Positions 55,110-57,847 of a stretch of 57,847 nt of DNA are shown piece by piece. Position numbers and translations under genes: made by a program. This stretch comes from Candidatus Omnitrophota bacterium (GTDB taxonomy: Bacteria > Omnitrophota > Gorgyraeia > Zapsychrales > Fredricksoniimonadaceae). The notes under the pieces are model-generated. The model ran no database searches, had not been told where the DNA came from, and worked only from the letters and a program-made list of their open reading frames with translations. Within the stretch, counting starts at the first letter, position 1. Each line of letters starts with the position of its first letter. The DNA lies in contig JADGCU010000004.1 in assembly GCA_015228785.1 (NCBI GenBank), positions 1-57,847 of the forward strand, given 5' to 3'.

Positions 55110-56530
55110 ATCTTTACGATTTAACTGCTCATCAGCTGTTGTCCTTGATCAAGGATAAGAAAACAACCGTTCAGGCGATGGTTGATTCTATCTTGTCTCG
55201 GGCTAAAAGTGTTAATGATAAAACACATGCTTTTGTGAGGTTTCATGATCCGTTGTTGTCCGACGGGACATGCCCAATCCCGATCGGAATCAAGGACAAT
55301 ATTTGTATCCAGGGGAAGCTTGCAACATGCGCTTCTAAGATTTTGAACGGATTTCATGCGCCTTATGATGCGGCGGTGATCGAAAAGATTAAAGGACGTG
55401 GGGGCGTTATTCTGGGCAGTCTTAATATGGATGAATTTGCCTTTGGATCTTCAACGGAAACATCTGCTTATGGCGTTACGCGTAACCCCTGGGATCTAAA
55501 GCGTGTTCCCGGTGGATCATCCGGTGGTTCGGCGGCATCAGTCGCGGCAGGGCAGACTGTCTGGGCTTTGGGGAGTGACACAGGCGGGTCAATCCGTCAG
55601 CCAGCATCGTTTTGTGGTATCGTGGGGATGAAGCCGACGTATGGTCGGGTTTCGCGTTACGGGCTTATTGCTTTTGGATCCAGTCTTGATCAAATCGGGC
55701 CGCTTACCAAAGACGTAACTGACAGCGCGCTTCTTTTGAATATCATTGCTGGTTTCGATCAACGCGATTCAACGTCTGTTAATAAACCAGTTCCTGATTA
55801 TACCAAGGCATTACGTCGGGATGTGAAGGGTCTTCGGATCGGTATTCCTAAAGAATATTTTATCGACGGCATTCAGCCCGAAGTTTTAAAAGCGGTTCGA
55901 GAGGCCATCGAAGTCTTAAAGAAAGAGGGCGCTGTCATCAAAGAAAGCTCTTTGCCGCACACAGAGTATGCGGTGGCGACCTATTATATTGTGGCAACAG
56001 CCGAGGCAAGTTCAAATTTAGCACGTTTTGATGGAGTTCAGTACGGCCTGCGTGCGCTTCCTGAGAAGACCCGAAAGACAACACTGGTCGATATGTACGA
56101 GACAACGCGTGAGAAAGGTTTTGGGGATGAGGCCAAGCGCCGTATTATGCTGGGCACGTATGTCCTTTCCTCGGGTTATTATGACGCGTATTATTTGCGA
56201 GGACAGAAAGTTCGCACGTTGATCAAGCAGGATTTTGATAAAGCTTTTGAGGAATGTGATGCCATCATTTGTCCCACAGCGCCGACAACTGCGTTCAAAA
56301 TCGGCGAGAAATCAAATGATCCCTTATCTATGTATCTGTCTGATATTTTTACGATTCCTGCGAATTTGGCAGGGATCCCCGGCATCTCGATCCCCTGCGG
56401 GTTTGATGCTAATAAGCTTCCCATCGGCCTTCAGATCATGACCAGGGCTTTTGATGAGGAAACACTGTTGCATGTGGCCTATACGTATGAACAATCGACC
56501 GCCTGGCATTTGGAGAGAGCTAAGCTCTAG
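55106..56530 (+). CDS. gatA: Asp-tRNA(Asn)/Glu-tRNA(Gln) amidotransferase subunit A
   Basis: Amidase signature [14 protein letters not shown]...[12 protein letters not shown], plus IGIKDNI. Confidence 0.95.
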   Translation: MNLYDLTAHQLLSLIKDKKTTVQAMVDSILSRAKSVNDKTHAFVRFHDPLLSDGTCPIPIGIKDNICIQGKLATCASKILNGFHAPYDAAVIEKIKGRGGVILGSLNMDEFAFGSSTETSAYGVTRNPWDLKRVPGGSSGGSAASVAAGQTVWALGSDTGGSIRQPASFCGIVGMKPTYGRVSRYGLIAFGSSLDQIGPLTKDVTDSALLLNIIAGFDQRDSTSVNKPVPDYTKALRRDVKGLRIGIPKEYFIDGIQPEVLKAVREAIEVLKKEGAVIKESSLPHTEYAVATYYIVATAEASSNLARFDGVQYGLRALPEKTRKTTLVDMYETTREKGFGDEAKRRIMLGTYVLSSGYYDAYYLRGQKVRTLIKQDFDKAFEECDAIICPTAPTTAFKIGEKSNDPLSMYLSDIFTIPANLAGIPGISIPCGFDANKLPIGLQIMTRAFDEETLLHVAYTYEQSTAWHLERAKL

Positions 56531-56534
56531 TGAT

Positions 56535-57847
56535 ATGGAATTTGAAACAGTTATCGGACTAGAAGTTCATTTACAACTGAACACTCAAACCAAGATCTTT
56601 TGCGGGTGCAGGAATTCTTTTGGTGAAGATCCTAACACGTCCGTATGTCCGGTGTGTTTGGGGATGCCGGGCTCTTTGCCTGTGTTGAACCGTCAGGTGC
56701 TTATCTCGGGAATGAAGGTGGGCCTTTCGCTTAATTGCGAGATCAATTCTTTTGTGAAGTTTGATAGGAAGAATTATTATTATCCTGATTTGCCGAAAGG
56801 ATATCAGATTTCTCAATATGATTTTCCGATCGCAAAGAAGGGCTTTCTCATTATTACGACCTCTGGAGAGAAGAAGACTATTGGAATCACCCGTGCCCAT
56901 ATCGAAGAAGATGCGGGAAAACTCATTCACAACGACACACTTAAGGCAACTTTAGTTGCCTACAATCGAACAGGCACCCCGCTGATCGAAATCGTTTCTG
57001 AGCCAGATATGCGTTCAGCCCAAGAGGCTTACGATTATTTGACGGCGCTTAAACTGACGCTTTCCTATTTAGGGGTCTCTGATTGCGATATGGAAAAGGG
57101 AAGTCTTCGCTGCGATGCGAATGTGTCAATTCGGCCTGTAGGAGAGAGCACGTTAGGGACTAAGGCGGAACTCAAGAATATGAATTCATTTAGTTCTGTC
57201 CGCCGAGCGATCGACTATGAAGTGGCTCGTCAGACCCGTCTTGTTATGGCCGGGGGAAAAGTTATGCAGGAAACTCTTTTGTGGGATGAGGCCAAAGGCA
57301 TGACGCATCCTATGCGCAGCAAAGAACAGGCTCATGATTATCGATATTTTCCGGAGCCGGACTTGGTCCCGTTTACCCTTAAAGCAGATGAAATTGAGAA
57401 TGTTAAACGTGATCTTCCCGAACTTCCCTATGCAAAACTTGTTCGGTTGATTGACCAATATAAAATTTCTGAGTACGATGGCATGATCCTTGTTCAAGAT
57501 AAGAGCATGGCAGATTTCTTTGAAGCGTGTGCGAAACTCTATCCTGATGTAAAGAAAGTTTGTAATTGGATGAACGTCCAGCTTATGAAAGAGCTTAATG
57601 ATCGCAAATGTTCTGTCAGGGATCTTAAGGTGACACCGACAAACTTTACAGCGCTGATCAAGAATGTCGAAGATGGCACGGTGAGCAATCTGATAGGCAA
57701 GGATATCCTTTCAGACATTGTTATTTCTGGAAAGGACGTTGGTCGTATTATTGAAGATAAAGGGCTAGCTCAGGTCTCAGATGATTCAGCGCTTGAGAAG
57801 ATCGTTGATGAGATCATTTTTTCAAATCCGCAGGTTATGGAGCAAAT
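56535..57847 (+). CDS. gatB: Asp-tRNA(Asn)/Glu-tRNA(Gln) amidotransferase subunit B (3' end lies outside the window)
   Basis: ATG 56535 gives MEFETVIGLEVHLQLNTQTKIFCGC...CPVCLGMPG...KNYYYPDLPKGYQISQ. The frame stays open to the window edge. It is absent from the ORF track because it has no stop. Confidence 0.93.
   Translation, partial: MEFETVIGLEVHLQLNTQTKIFCGCRNSFGEDPNTSVCPVCLGMPGSLPVLNRQVLISGMKVGLSLNCEINSFVKFDRKNYYYPDLPKGYQISQYDFPIAKKGFLIITTSGEKKTIGITRAHIEEDAGKLIHNDTLKATLVAYNRTGTPLIEIVSEPDMRSAQEAYDYLTALKLTLSYLGVSDCDMEKGSLRCDANVSIRPVGESTLGTKAELKNMNSFSSVRRAIDYEVARQTRLVMAGGKVMQETLLWDEAKGMTHPMRSKEQAHDYRYFPEPDLVPFTLKADEIENVKRDLPELPYAKLVRLIDQYKISEYDGMILVQDKSMADFFEACAKLYPDVKKVCNWMNVQLMKELNDRKCSVRDLKVTPTNFTALIKNVEDGTVSNLIGKDILSDIVISGKDVGRIIEDKGLAQVSDDSALEKIVDEIIFSNPQVMEQ

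Overview
This 57.8 kb window is a compact bacterial chromosome segment. SurA, a secretin and ExbB/ExbD-family genes suggest a diderm organism. All roughly 60 CDS I can support lie on the + strand, and many adjacent genes share ATGA or GTGA start/stop overlaps. Gene order: argB'(partial)-argD-argF-argG-argH; lysA-dapF-dapA-dapB-dapL (aminotransferase branch of lysine synthesis); folK-panC-nadX; an SPFH/band-7 protein followed by a lysine-rich tandem-repeat microprotein and a clear terminator; uvrA. Next comes an envelope locus of about 14.6 kb (16593-31181). It encodes a secreted multi-TPR protein, a MotA/TolQ/ExbB-family channel, an ExbD/TolR-family protein lacking the conserved membrane Asp, and a protein that has a TonB-type anchor but no TonB C-terminal domain. 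It continues with a TM plus zinc-ribbon protein, a PilX_N/GspK-like pseudopilin, a PilM-PilN fusion, PilO-like and PilP-like proteins, a secretin, a GspE/PilB ATPase with tandem MshEN-type motifs, a GspF/PilC platform protein and five prepilin-like genes. After it: rsmE; two tandem TMTC-like GT-C/TPR membrane glycosyltransferase paralogs; recA-recX-alaS, where alaS carries one in-frame TGA followed by a hairpin; hisD-hisB-hisH-hisA-hisF-trpE; rpsP-yajC-secDF; a very compact mfd; surA-like-pdxA-rsmA; a YbgC-like thioesterase; a HAMP histidine kinase; gatC-gatA-gatB'(partial). I recognised no rRNA, tRNA, CRISPR array, transposase, integrase or prophage gene. The best candidate for something undescribed is the tight, partly overlapping linkage of a degenerate Exb/Tol-like module to a type IV pilus / type II secretion-like machine, followed after one intervening gene (rsmE) by duplicated TMTC-like glycosyltransferases. 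All calls come from reading the translations and DNA by eye. No database search or computation was run.
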